Shown: positions 32,057 through 41,900 of the stretch, in pieces
Layout of the letters: each line of letters begins with the position of its first letter
How positions within the stretch are numbered: position 1 is the stretch's first letter
Virus record (IMG/VR): IMGVR_UViG_3300015263_000969
Span: 1,440-65,439 of that record
DNA: 64,000 nt
Direction: 5' to 3' (one strand)
DNA from: a virus
Lineage: Duplodnaviria; Caudoviricetes
Made by a program: the position numbers and the translations under genes
The notes under the pieces: generated by a model
What the model was told of the DNA's origin: nothing
What the model saw: only the letters and a program-made list of their open reading frames with translations
Database searches by the model: none

Positions 32057-33100
32057 ATGTCGACAGGTTTGCAAAAGATCATGGATACTTACGATCGCGT
32101 AATCGAAGAGGGGCACGTTCAGGACAAGGGGCAGGGGTTCCGGTCCTATGCGATCTCCAACCTCCGCGGCGGCGTGGGCAAGTCGTCAATCGCCTTCAAC
32201 CTGGCGTACGAGGTCTCTCGCACGAACTCGCTGCTCACGGCAGATGTCTGCCCTCAGACGAACTTCACCGAGATGCTACTCGGTGGCTACAAGACGACGG
32301 CGAACATCTACGACGCGCTGAAGCCGGTCATCCTCGGACCGGCCTTCGGCGAGGAGCCGGAGGATATCTCCTACCGGATCAGCCAGCACTGTGATCCGTT
32401 CAAGGGCGGACGGGCCGCGTTCGCGATCCCCGGCAACGCGGAGCTGTTCGCCTTCCCGTCGACGCTCTACGCGCAGCTCGACAAGGCGTGGGGAATGAAC
32501 AACCGGACCGCGGTTGCCAAGCTCCTCCGCGGTCTGAAACAGATCCTGGACAGGGAAGCCAAGGACAAGGACGTGAGAGCCGAGAAGATCTTGATCGACA
32601 CTTCGCCCTTCTATGCCGGAGGCACGCATCTCGCGTGGTGTGCCGTCGAAGCGCTCATCGTGCCCGTGCGCGTCGACGAGCATTCGGTCGAGTCGCTGGG
32701 CCTCCTCTTCAAGATGCTCTCGGACCCGGAACGCGACTTCCTGCAGTGGAACGAACGGGCCGGTGACCTGCCAGGCCCGAAGATCGCCGCGATCGTGATG
32801 ACGATGGTCGGCGCGAAGAACCAGAGAAAGAACACGCCAGACCGCGCCTCCACCATGTACATCGAGCGCGCCCTCGAACTGGCGGAGGCGCACGCGGATC
32901 TCTTTGCGGTGGATCCCAGCGATGCCTTCGTGATCACCGACGACTTCCATTCGGCGGGCCGCATCAGCGGCGCGAAGCGGAAACCGATCTCGATGCTGGA
33001 GGTCGGCAGCTTTCATACCGTCGAGAACAGGCGCTTGCAGGTGAACCGCTCGGTGACGAGGTACCAGAAGGAGCTGCAGTACCTCGCCAGCGTGATCTGA
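32057..33100 (+). CDS. parA: ParA/Soj-family ATPase
   Basis: ISNLRGGVGKSS deviant Walker A, ADVCPQTN, ILIDTSP. Confidence 0.85.
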   Translation: MSTGLQKIMDTYDRVIEEGHVQDKGQGFRSYAISNLRGGVGKSSIAFNLAYEVSRTNSLLTADVCPQTNFTEMLLGGYKTTANIYDALKPVILGPAFGEEPEDISYRISQHCDPFKGGRAAFAIPGNAELFAFPSTLYAQLDKAWGMNNRTAVAKLLRGLKQILDREAKDKDVRAEKILIDTSPFYAGGTHLAWCAVEALIVPVRVDEHSVESLGLLFKMLSDPERDFLQWNERAGDLPGPKIAAIVMTMVGAKNQRKNTPDRASTMYIERALELAEAHADLFAVDPSDAFVITDDFHSAGRISGAKRKPISMLEVGSFHTVENRRLQVNRSVTRYQKELQYLASVI

Positions 33101-33127
33101 TCTCCCTTCACGAGAGGAATCGCCACC

Positions 33128-34393
33128 ATGGACGCTGCTCTCGACGCTCGCCATCAGCGCGCTCTTGCTCTCGTCGCCAGCAAGCGCGCCAGCATCAAGC
33201 ACATGGCGGGCGCGCGGTGGCTGGTCCCGTCGCAGTCCAGCGCGAGCGGCGGCTACGTCGTCGATGCAGACGCGAACACGTGCTCCTGCCCGGACCACGA
33301 GGAGCGGGGCGTGCGCTGCAAGCATATCTGGACCGTGGCCATCATCCGGCAGGAGATCTCCATGCCCGACGGGTCGGTCGTGATGACCGAGACCACGGTC
33401 GCCGCGGCGGTCACCGCGACGGTTACCACGCCGCCCCGCGTCACCTACAAGCAGGCGTGGCCGGCGTACAACCGCGCCCAGGCCGAGGAGGGCGCGCGCG
33501 TCCAGCTTCTCCTACGCGCGCTCTGCGATGGGATCGTCGAGCCCCCGCAGGCGAAGGGCCGGCCCCGTCTGCCGCTCGCTGACGTCGTCTACAGCGCCAC
33601 GATGCAGGTGTTCGGCGGCATGAGCGGGCGCCGGTCCACGAGCGACACGCGCGCGCTGGCCGAGCGGGGTCTCGTGCGGCGGGCGCCGAGCTACAACTCC
33701 ACGTTCCGCTACCTCGCGGGCGCCGAGCTGGCGCCGCTCCTCAAGACGCTGGTCCACGAGGCGGCGGCCCCGCTCCGGGCCGTGGAGACCACGTTCGCGA
33801 CCGACTCCACCGGGTTCGCCATGAACACCTACGCGCGCTGGTTCGACGAGAAGCACGGGGGCGAGAAGCGGTGCCAGCGCTGGATCAAGCTCCACGCGCA
33901 GGTGGGCACGGTGACGAACGTGATCGCGTCCGTCGAGGCGACCGAGAGCAACGTGGGGGACGTCGTGATGCTCGCCCCGCTCCTCGCGTCTGCGGTGGAG
34001 CGCGGGTTCACCGTGCGCGAGCTGAGCGCCGACAAGGCGTACCTCGCGAACGACGTGCTCACGGCCATCGAGGCCGCGGGCGCGGTCCCTTACATCCCCC
34101 TGAATGCCAACAGCCGGCCGACGGGCAAGAGCGCGGCGTGGCGCCGCCTGTACCACATGTTCGAGGCGCGGAACGACGAGTTCCTGGCTCACTACCACCG
34201 GCGCTCGAACGCCGAGAGCACGTTCAGCATGGTCAAGCGCAAGTTCGGCCCATCGGTGCGCGCCAAGACCCCGCCCGCGCAGATCAACGAGGTGCTGCTC
34301 AAGTGCATCTGCCACAACCTCTCCGTCCTCGTGCACGCGATCCACGAGTTGGGGATCGAGCCCTCCTTCTGGTCGCGCCTGGAGGCCGCGTAG
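33128..34393 (+). CDS. DDE transposase (IS5/IS903-like) with N-terminal SWIM zinc finger
   Basis: CSCPD...CKH SWIM; FATDSTGF, WIKLH, LSADKAY, YHRRSNAESTFSMVKRKFG. Confidence 0.9.
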   Translation: MDAALDARHQRALALVASKRASIKHMAGARWLVPSQSSASGGYVVDADANTCSCPDHEERGVRCKHIWTVAIIRQEISMPDGSVVMTETTVAAAVTATVTTPPRVTYKQAWPAYNRAQAEEGARVQLLLRALCDGIVEPPQAKGRPRLPLADVVYSATMQVFGGMSGRRSTSDTRALAERGLVRRAPSYNSTFRYLAGAELAPLLKTLVHEAAAPLRAVETTFATDSTGFAMNTYARWFDEKHGGEKRCQRWIKLHAQVGTVTNVIASVEATESNVGDVVMLAPLLASAVERGFTVRELSADKAYLANDVLTAIEAAGAVPYIPLNANSRPTGKSAAWRRLYHMFEARNDEFLAHYHRRSNAESTFSMVKRKFGPSVRAKTPPAQINEVLLKCICHNLSVLVHAIHELGIEPSFWSRLEAA

Positions 34394-34395
34394 CG

Positions 34396-34692
34396 ATGCC
34401 CCGTCGTGACCTGTCCCTCGACGAGCAAGCGAACGTCCTCGCGGCCCTGCGCATGCTGCGCGTCAAGCTCGGCGGAGCCAACTGGCTCAACGTGGAGCGC
34501 GCGCTTCCCATCGCGCACAGCACGCTCGCCGAGATCCTCGCCGGGCGCTCCGAGGTGAGCGCCGCCGTGGCGTTCCGCGTTGCCAAGGTGCTCGACGTGT
34601 CCCTCTACCACGTGCTCTCGGGCGAGGCGCTGGGGGACGTCTGCAAGCACTGCGGACGGTCTGCGTCCGAGCCATCATCGCGGATGGGCTGA
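34396..34692 (+). CDS. XRE-like HTH regulator with C-terminal CxxC
   Basis: LPIAHSTLAEILAGRSEVSAAVAFRVAKVLDVS...CKHCG. Confidence 0.7.
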   Translation: MPRRDLSLDEQANVLAALRMLRVKLGGANWLNVERALPIAHSTLAEILAGRSEVSAAVAFRVAKVLDVSLYHVLSGEALGDVCKHCGRSASEPSSRMG

Positions 34693-35482
34693 GCGCTGCT
34701 CTCGCCTGCGCCGCTCGTACCGCTCTCGCATCGCGATGAGCCACGCGGGCACCGGCGGCGGGGGCGACGGCGGGTCGCGATACGGGTCGGCCACCGAAAG
34801 ATGATGCCCGGGCCGATCCCGGGCCGATCCCAACGCTGCCTCAAAAGTCGGGCCGCTGCCTCAAAAGTCGGCGCTCCGACGGGGTTCTGAGGCAAAGCCA
34901 CGGCCACCTGCGCATCGGCACCGGCTCGGGCATGCTTGCGGATCGCGGCGTTCGCGGCCGTCATCTGCGCTTGCTTCGCCTCTGCCACGGCGAGATTGGC
35001 GCGCAGCCGCTTGACCGCGTCCGCATCGCCGGACATGATCGGGCGCAGCTCCGGGCACAGTGTCTTGCGGATCGCGTCGAGCGCGCGCTCGCGGTACTCA
35101 AGCAGGTCTTTCGTGCATCTGTCAGCCGCCACGCCGCGCTTCGCCTGGCGACGCGCCGGAAAGTTGCTCGGCCCGGCGATCACGGTCGACATCGTGCGCG
35201 ACTTGGCGCCGAGCATCGCGACGTAGCGCTCCCGGTAGCCGGCGCGGTAGCGCGCAAACTCGGTCTCCAGCGTCGCACGCTTCTCGTCGGTGTTCGCCAG
35301 CTTGGCGAGCGTGTCGCGGTCGCGCGAAAGCGTGCTCGCGTAGCTGGCGAGCTCCTGATCGGCGCGCTGCTCAGGGACGAACGAGGCTCCGGCGTGTGCG
35401 GCACGAGCGAGATCGAGCGGGATGTCGTCGGCGAAGTTGTGCATGGTGGTCCTCCGTGATGAATGGTTGCGGGCTGCTGGGT

Positions 35483-35971
35483 TCACGCGTATGTCGCCGC
35501 GGCCTCGCCCTTGCGCAGATCCTCGGCGCGGGCCTCGACGAGCGCCGCGGCGATTCCGGCGTATGGGCCGCACTGATCGAGCGCCGCCGCGGCTTTGCGC
35601 TTGTCGCCGGAGAGTGCCGCGTCCGTGGCGACCGCGACCGCGACGGGATCGATCGAGCCGGCCGGGATCACGATCTCGATCCCCATGTCCTGACCCATAA
35701 AGCGCGAGAGAATCACGAAAGCCGAGCCGGAGGCCGTGCGGCGCATGACGGCCGGGCCGCCGTAGCGGGGATGCTCGCAGCCGGCGACCTTACCACTGAT
35801 CAGATCGACGACGACGACGTTCATGATGTCGCCGACGTAATGCGCGCGGACCCACTCCGGGCCCGCCTCGATCACGGTGACCCTGCGGCCCGTCCACTCG
35901 CGGAAGCAACCAAGCAACGCCTTGATGCCCTTGGAAGTCTTGCTGACCTGCGTGCGCGTCGTCTTCGTCAT
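35483..35971 (-). CDS. Hypothetical protein, first gene of the accessory island
   Basis: Leaderless start after TTGACG-N17-TAGATT. Confidence 0.65.
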   Translation of the reverse strand: MTKTTRTQVSKTSKGIKALLGCFREWTGRRVTVIEAGPEWVRAHYVGDIMNVVVVDLISGKVAGCEHPRYGGPAVMRRTASGSAFVILSRFMGQDMGIEIVIPAGSIDPVAVAVATDAALSGDKRKAAAALDQCGPYAGIAAALVEARAEDLRKGEAAATYA

Positions 35972-36061
35972 GCCCTCAATCTACGTCTGTACCTCTCAAT
36001 CGTCAAGCGATATTCGAGGCACTTGCGCAGGTGAGCGTAACTGCGTGCAACAGCGCCGGAT

Positions 36062-37291
36062 TTACCCCTGCACCACGCGCGCGGCCAACGACGCCTCGAA
36101 CCCGACGCCCCTCCACTGCACCTGCACCTCATCGCTCGCGAGCCGGCACGTCTCGAGAAACTCCACGCGAGCGAGTGTCCCGGTGAACGATGAGTCGAGC
36201 GCGAGATCTTGCGTCGCGCCGCCATCCGAGCAGCTCTGCACCTCGCGATACGCGACGGCCCCGTCCGTCTTCACGAGCTTGATCCGTCGGTGCGCCAGCG
36301 AAGGGAACCACGCGTTGACGTAGTCGACGGTGCTGCTCGCTGTGCTGATCGTCAGCGTGCCGCTCGACGCGTCGCCGACGGGCACGAGGTCGGGTCGCCC
36401 AGTCGGGAGCAGGAACGTGCCCCACGATCCACGGATCTCGTGGAGCATCGCTTTGAGCCACTGCCAGTCCGCGCGCTTCGAGCTCGAGACGCGGATCGCC
36501 CGGCCCCAATCCGCGACGTCGTATGCCTGGAGCGATGAAAGGCGCGCGCCGAGGTCAACAACCGCTCCGCCAGCATACAGCGGCTGGCTCGGTTGCTCGG
36601 CAGCGTTGCCCCAGTCCCATACCGGCAGCGAGTCGTAGGTGGTTACGGACGATCCAGTTCCAGGGACAGACCCTAGAGCGAAACCGTTGCGCTGAGCGCG
36701 GGCCGCAACCTGCCACCGGCCGGCGCCGACGCGCCAGCGCGATAGTCCCTGCTCCGGCTCGAGCAGCACGCCGACGGTTGGCATGATGCGCGCGCCGTCG
36801 ATCGCGACGGCGGTCAGGTCCTCGTCAACGCTGATCGAGTTGCCGCTGGCGTTCTGCACGACCGCCTCGCCGGTGGTGCCGTCCGGCGCTACTACGACGA
36901 CTCGCTGGCCGGCGATTGCCCAGTCGCAGAGCGATAGGTCGTGCACGGTTACGGCGCCGGCCGTCGATGATGCGACCGTCAGATCCTCGTACGGCAGCGC
37001 GAGCTGAAACAGCGGAGCAGCGGCAGTCTCCTCGGCGAGCGTCGTCAGGATCCTCCGGTGCTGCGCATCAGAGAGGAGCGTTGAGAACGTGTAGCTCTGG
37101 CGCGGCTTGCCGAGGATCGCCGCGCGCGTCTCGATGCCGGACCACGCCTTGCGGACCGTGGTCTTCCACGCGTAGGTCACCGTTGCGCCGGCTTCGACGT
37201 CTATCGCGAACGTGGCCGCACCGGCGCCCTCCGCGGCGGGAAGGATCAACTGGAACGCGTCGGCCTGAAAAGCGTCCGCCTGGAACGCCAT
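36062..37291 (-). CDS. Distal tail protein (DUF2460-like)
   Basis: YAWKTTVRKAWSGIETRAAI...PRQ; WLKAMLHEIRGSWGTFLLP; position after the tape measure. Confidence 0.65.
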   Translation of the reverse strand: MAFQADAFQADAFQLILPAAEGAGAATFAIDVEAGATVTYAWKTTVRKAWSGIETRAAILGKPRQSYTFSTLLSDAQHRRILTTLAEETAAAPLFQLALPYEDLTVASSTAGAVTVHDLSLCDWAIAGQRVVVVAPDGTTGEAVVQNASGNSISVDEDLTAVAIDGARIMPTVGVLLEPEQGLSRWRVGAGRWQVAARAQRNGFALGSVPGTGSSVTTYDSLPVWDWGNAAEQPSQPLYAGGAVVDLGARLSSLQAYDVADWGRAIRVSSSKRADWQWLKAMLHEIRGSWGTFLLPTGRPDLVPVGDASSGTLTISTASSTVDYVNAWFPSLAHRRIKLVKTDGAVAYREVQSCSDGGATQDLALDSSFTGTLARVEFLETCRLASDEVQVQWRGVGFEASLAARVVQG

Positions 37292-37294
37292 GGC

Positions 37295-38638
37295 CTACGC
37301 CACCGTCTCGACGTAGAAGTTATGGAGATCGAGCGCGCACGCGGCCACCGTGGCGTTATTGGTGCGCCAGGCCTGGGCCGTGAGGAGCGTCGTCGACGAC
37401 GGCAGGTTTGCCGCGTTCGTGATCGTGCCACTCGCCGGCGCCACGCCGCCCCCGACGCGAATGAGCGTGTAGCCGACGCTAGATGCGTTCGGCGCGCAGT
37501 AGAGGTGCAGTTCGTAGATGTCCGCGTTCGTCGTGTTGATCGGGAAGTTCGCGCCAAGATTGGAGCGTGCCTGCGCCGAGCCGCCCGCGGCGTAGAGTTG
37601 CATTGTGGTGTCGCCGCCGTTGCAGCCGACGCCGATCAGATTCGTGAGCGTGCTCGGCTCGACATTGGTAGGCGCGCTGGCCGTGCCGATGATGCCGATG
37701 AACATGCGCGCGTCGGCGACGAGGACAGCGTCGGCGACGTTGAATCGCCACACCAGGTGAAAGCCGCCGCGCCCCGCCGCGTCGCCGCGCCACCATGTGA
37801 GGACGCCGTGCCGGGCGCCGGCGATGGATCCGGCAGATACACCGCTCACGAGACCGAGCCTTCGCGATCCCGTCACCGTGCCGGTGGCGGCCGGTGCGCG
37901 GGCTGTCGCGGTACCGACGTATGAAAATGCGGCGAGGCCCATCAGCGAAGTGTTCGTCGAGTTAGGCAGCGGCTGCCACCACACGACCTTACGCGCCCCG
38001 AGGCATGCCTGAACCGGCGCGGTGAACCCGTCGGGGTCCGTCATCGCGAGCATCTGCCGCCCGCCGAGCGCGTAGCCACTCGCCTTCACGGTGCCGGCGC
38101 TCGGAGTTGTCGGCGTGCCCGACGTGAACACGAGGTCTCCGCCGTTGGTGCCGACGTTCGCCAGTGCGGCCCACGAGCCGCCGGTGCGCGTCAGGAGAAC
38201 GCCGTCCGTGCTGGACACCCAGTCGAATAGCTGTGAGGCGGTGACCGCCTCTGGCGCACCGGTTCCCGCCGTGTTGCGACCGATCACGCGTTGTGTGGCG
38301 AGGTTAGCGAGGGCGGCGAGTGCAACGGTCCCCGCCCCGAGGTCCGCGCCGGATCCGCTGGCCGCTATGGCAGCGAGCCCGAGCGCAGTGCGCTGATCGG
38401 CCGTAGTCGAGGCGCCGATTACGGAACGCCCGGCAGCCGTGCACGCAATCTCCTCGATGTCGCCGGCGCCGGAGCTCGAGCGACCGAGCACCTTGTCCGT
38501 CGCCGAGACGTTCTGGATCTGGGCATAGGTGACCGTGTCGTTGTCGATCACATGCGCCGCGTTCCAGTCGCTCGGCTTGACAAGTGTATTGTCCGGGCCG
38601 TCGCCGATCGCAGATGTGAACGCATGCGTGATCGTCAT
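37295..38638 (-). CDS. Tail fibre/minor virion protein
   Basis: ITHAFTSAIGDG...PSDWNAAH N-terminus; Gly/Ala/Thr-rich repeats; beta-rich C-terminus. Confidence 0.65.
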   Translation of the reverse strand: MTITHAFTSAIGDGPDNTLVKPSDWNAAHVIDNDTVTYAQIQNVSATDKVLGRSSSGAGDIEEIACTAAGRSVIGASTTADQRTALGLAAIAASGSGADLGAGTVALAALANLATQRVIGRNTAGTGAPEAVTASQLFDWVSSTDGVLLTRTGGSWAALANVGTNGGDLVFTSGTPTTPSAGTVKASGYALGGRQMLAMTDPDGFTAPVQACLGARKVVWWQPLPNSTNTSLMGLAAFSYVGTATARAPAATGTVTGSRRLGLVSGVSAGSIAGARHGVLTWWRGDAAGRGGFHLVWRFNVADAVLVADARMFIGIIGTASAPTNVEPSTLTNLIGVGCNGGDTTMQLYAAGGSAQARSNLGANFPINTTNADIYELHLYCAPNASSVGYTLIRVGGGVAPASGTITNAANLPSSTTLLTAQAWRTNNATVAACALDLHNFYVETVA

Positions 38639-38649
38639 CGGTCAGCGCC

Positions 38650-38916
38650 TCAGAGCTCGACAGCGCCGCCGAACAGCGTCACCTTGTCGAGGACGCCACC
38701 GGTCGTGCCCTCGCCATACGCCGCGTTGATGGCGGCAACGGCGGCATCGCGGATCGCTTCGTTGATCGTCGCGGCAAGCGCCCCCATCGAGAAGGTGACA
38801 GTCCAGTTCGCGAAGTTGCTGTCCGGAAGATGGGCCGACCCACTGAGGCTGACGTTGCCGCCGCCAGGGAAGCCGAGCGCGTTGCTGTCCGTGGTGAAAA
38901 CGATGATGTTCGCCAT
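38650..38916 (-). CDS. Small virion-associated protein
   Basis: ATG 38916 preceded by the late-promoter motif at 38946-38955. Confidence 0.6.
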   Translation of the reverse strand: MANIIVFTTDSNALGFPGGGNVSLSGSAHLPDSNFANWTVTFSMGALAATINEAIRDAAVAAINAAYGEGTTGGVLDKVTLFGGAVEL

Positions 38917-38953
38917 GCGGTCACGATCGCTCACAGCGCCACCTCGGGGCGAT

Positions 38954-41900
38954 TTACCGCCCGGTTGTCCGTCCGCGCACCGACGGATCGTTCCGTCGGC
39001 GGTGGACCTGGTAGTAGGTCTCGCCGTCATTCTCCATGGCGCGGCGCGCGGCTGCGGTAGCGTCGTCGACGATCACCACGTTCACCCGCGGCGCTGGGGC
39101 CGGAGCACTTGCTTGCGAGGCTGGAGCCTGGCCGGGCGGCGTGAACTGTACGTGCTCGCGAGGCGAGAGGAGGAACGTCACGGGCACGCTGTCCGGGGGG
39201 CCAGACCCGGGCACAACATACTCGCCGCCGGAGGCATGAGCGCCGCCGTAAATGCCAAGGGCTTCGAGCCCGGCGGTGAGCCCGCCGATGACGCCTGGTC
39301 CGCCTCCACCCGCCCGTTTGAACAACGCGGTCAACGCTTGATGTAGGAGCAAGCGAGTCAGTTCCCGCAGTACAAAGTCAACGAATCCGCGAAGACTCTC
39401 TTTCCCAGCCTTCGCAAATTCGTCCCATCCATGGGACATCGCAACGGTTATATCGAGAAACGAATCCTCAAGCATGCGATAGCCTGACAGCAGGTCACGC
39501 TCCATGAGCGCGCCAATATTAGTGATCTCTTCCTCGATGGATTTGCCAGCTCGCTTTACTCCATCGGCCATGGAGCGTCCGGCGATAGTCGCGTCTTCGT
39601 AGGCGCTCTCGATTTTACGAATCTCTTCCTCGAACTGCTTGGCCGTGATGACTCCAAACTGGAGCTGCTTGATAGCCTCATCGACGCCCTGATTCAGTGT
39701 CGCGCGCGCGCCGGTTTCGCGGTATTTCGCGGCCTCTTCCGCGTACCTTCGCGCCTCGAGTTTTGAGGTGATGTCGGATTGCACTTCGGGCGTGATCGTG
39801 ACGCCCTTTCGCCGAAGATCCGCGGTCGCCTCGAGCAGGTCGTTGTACTTCTCGCGTTCCTTGCTGGATAGCGACAGCGACGCGACCTCCTTGTCGACCT
39901 CGCGTATCCACGCTTCGAGTGGGAAGCGCGCATCAGCCAGGCGCGCCGCGGTTTCGAGGATGATGTCCTGCCCGTCCTCGAGCGAGAGCATGAACTCGCC
40001 GGTCTTCGGGTTCACCGCCTGCGTCGCCCTCGTGACGATATCGACAGCCTTCTCGTACTTGGTGAGCGCCTCGGTCGCCGGGTTCGAGGCGCGCTCGATG
40101 CCTTCGAGCTGGCGAGCGAGCTTGTCGTACTCGCTTTGGGCCTTCTTGAGGGCCTTCTCGTCGACGTGCGGAGCCGCGTGTCCGGTTCCTGTCGACTTCA
40201 CGTACGCTCCGGTATCACCGAGGCCGAACCCGCCCAGTCCGCCCAGGATGTCCCGCTCGAGCGCATTGCGCTGCCGGGTCGCGGTCGCCGAACGCTCGTA
40301 GATGCTATCGACGTAGTCACGCGCGAAGCTCGTGTTGCGCCATTCGTCGAAGTTGTTCGCGAGATTCCGACCAAGATCACGCGGGGCGTTCGCGAGCGGG
40401 TTCTTGAAGCTGAGGTCGACGGCTGGGATCTGGAATCCGCTGCTCTGCGCGCGCTCCTTGGCGAACTGCATCAGCGCGTCGCCGGTTAACCCCTTGGCTT
40501 GTCCCTCCTTGAGGGCCGCCGCGATGCCGGCGCTGTCGATCTTGCTGGTCACGAGCTGCACCGCAGCGAGGACGCCGTTCACCGCGCCGATCAGCCCGTT
40601 CACGATCATCTCGATGCCGCCGACGAGCACACGCGCCATCTCGATGAGCACTGCACCGACGGTTTTCGGAATGCCGATAAACACGTCGATGATCGACTTG
40701 CCCAGGAATCGGAACATCCCGATGGCCGAGTCAACGAACGCCGCGATGCCGGTAAGCACGGTCCGCAGCGAGAAGTCGATGCCGGTGCCATCAAGCCCAT
40801 CGGAGAATGCACCGGTCAAGCGAGCCCAGGCTCCGCCCAGGAAGTCGAGCACGGCGCTGCCGAGATCTTTGATGTCGCTCCACAGCTCGCGGAGCACATC
40901 TGAGACCTTCACGATGCTACCGGCGTCGGCGTTCAGTTCGTCGCCAAACTGCCGGAGCAACGACACCGCCGTCGCCAGCGCGACTGCGAACGCGATGATC
41001 GGATGCGCGAGCACCGCCGCGCCGAGCGCCTTCACGAGCCAGACGATCTTCTCGAGGACGAGTAGTCCGAGGAGCACCTCGCCAACGCCGATGATCACTC
41101 GCCCAAAGGTCTCGAAGTGATCGGCAACGTATGCCAGCGAGCGCGCGAGCCCCTGCAACACACCGCTGCCGGACCCGGTCTCGCCAAAGAACTTTGCCGC
41201 GGCGTTCTTGATCCGGAGGAGGCTCTGCTCCGTAGTGGGGAGCATCTTGTTGAACTTCTCCTCGAGCGCCGGTCCAGCCTTTCTGAACGCGTCGATCAGG
41301 ATGTCAGCGGTGAGCTTGCCGTGCTTGCCCATGGAGATGAACTCGGCGCGCGTGTGCCCGCTTGCGTCCGCCAGCGCGCCGACGAGCTGCGTCGCATCCT
41401 TGAGCACGACCCGGAACTCGCGCCCGGTCAGCGCGCCGAGCTCGAACGCATGGGTCAGCTCCATCATCGTCATCCGCGCTTCCTGCGCGGTGGAGCCGGA
41501 TACTACGAGCCCCTGCGCGATCTGCTTCGTGAGATCGACGACCTCCTGCTGCGACACGCCGAGATGCGCGGTGGCCGCGGCGACCTTTTGATACGTGGCC
41601 GCGGTCTCCTCCCATTCCGAACGCGTATCCTGCGCGACCTTGAAGGTTGCCTCGAGCACGCCGCGGAGGTTGTCCTCGTCGTCAGTGACCGAGCGGATGC
41701 GGTTCGAGATCGCCGTGTACTCGTCGGCTAGGTGCCCGATCTTCGCCACCGTATGAATCCCGGCGTAAGCTGCGATCAGCCCATGAACCTCCGAGGCAAG
41801 AGCCGATGTCGATGCCGCGGCACGATGCATCGATGACGAACCAGCCCGGCCGGCGGCATCCGCAGCGGTCCCGGCCTGCTTCGCCGCCCCAGCGAACCGA

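Larger units (their letters stand above)
30312..34899 (+). mobile_element. 4.6-kb cargo-carrying transposon, IS5-family/IS903-like ends
   Basis: Terminal inverted repeats GGCTTTGCCTC / GAGGCAAAGCC; target duplication CGGCCACC at 30304-30311 and 34901-34908 (9 bp with one mismatch); internal DDE transposase. Confidence 0.92.
29819..35444 (-). pseudogene. DUF3560-like gene split by a transposon (5' part 34901-35444, 3' part 29819-30310)
   Basis: Removing the element and one target copy restores ...ARAGADAQVAALAALGLPER...GFADFELKNNGANIRRIRARI...RLFFPGKPD in frame. Confidence 0.85.

Noticed and set aside
34605-34900. C-terminal part of track ORF 34605-35573
   Set aside because: Read-through into the transposon end; the true continuation is at 30310
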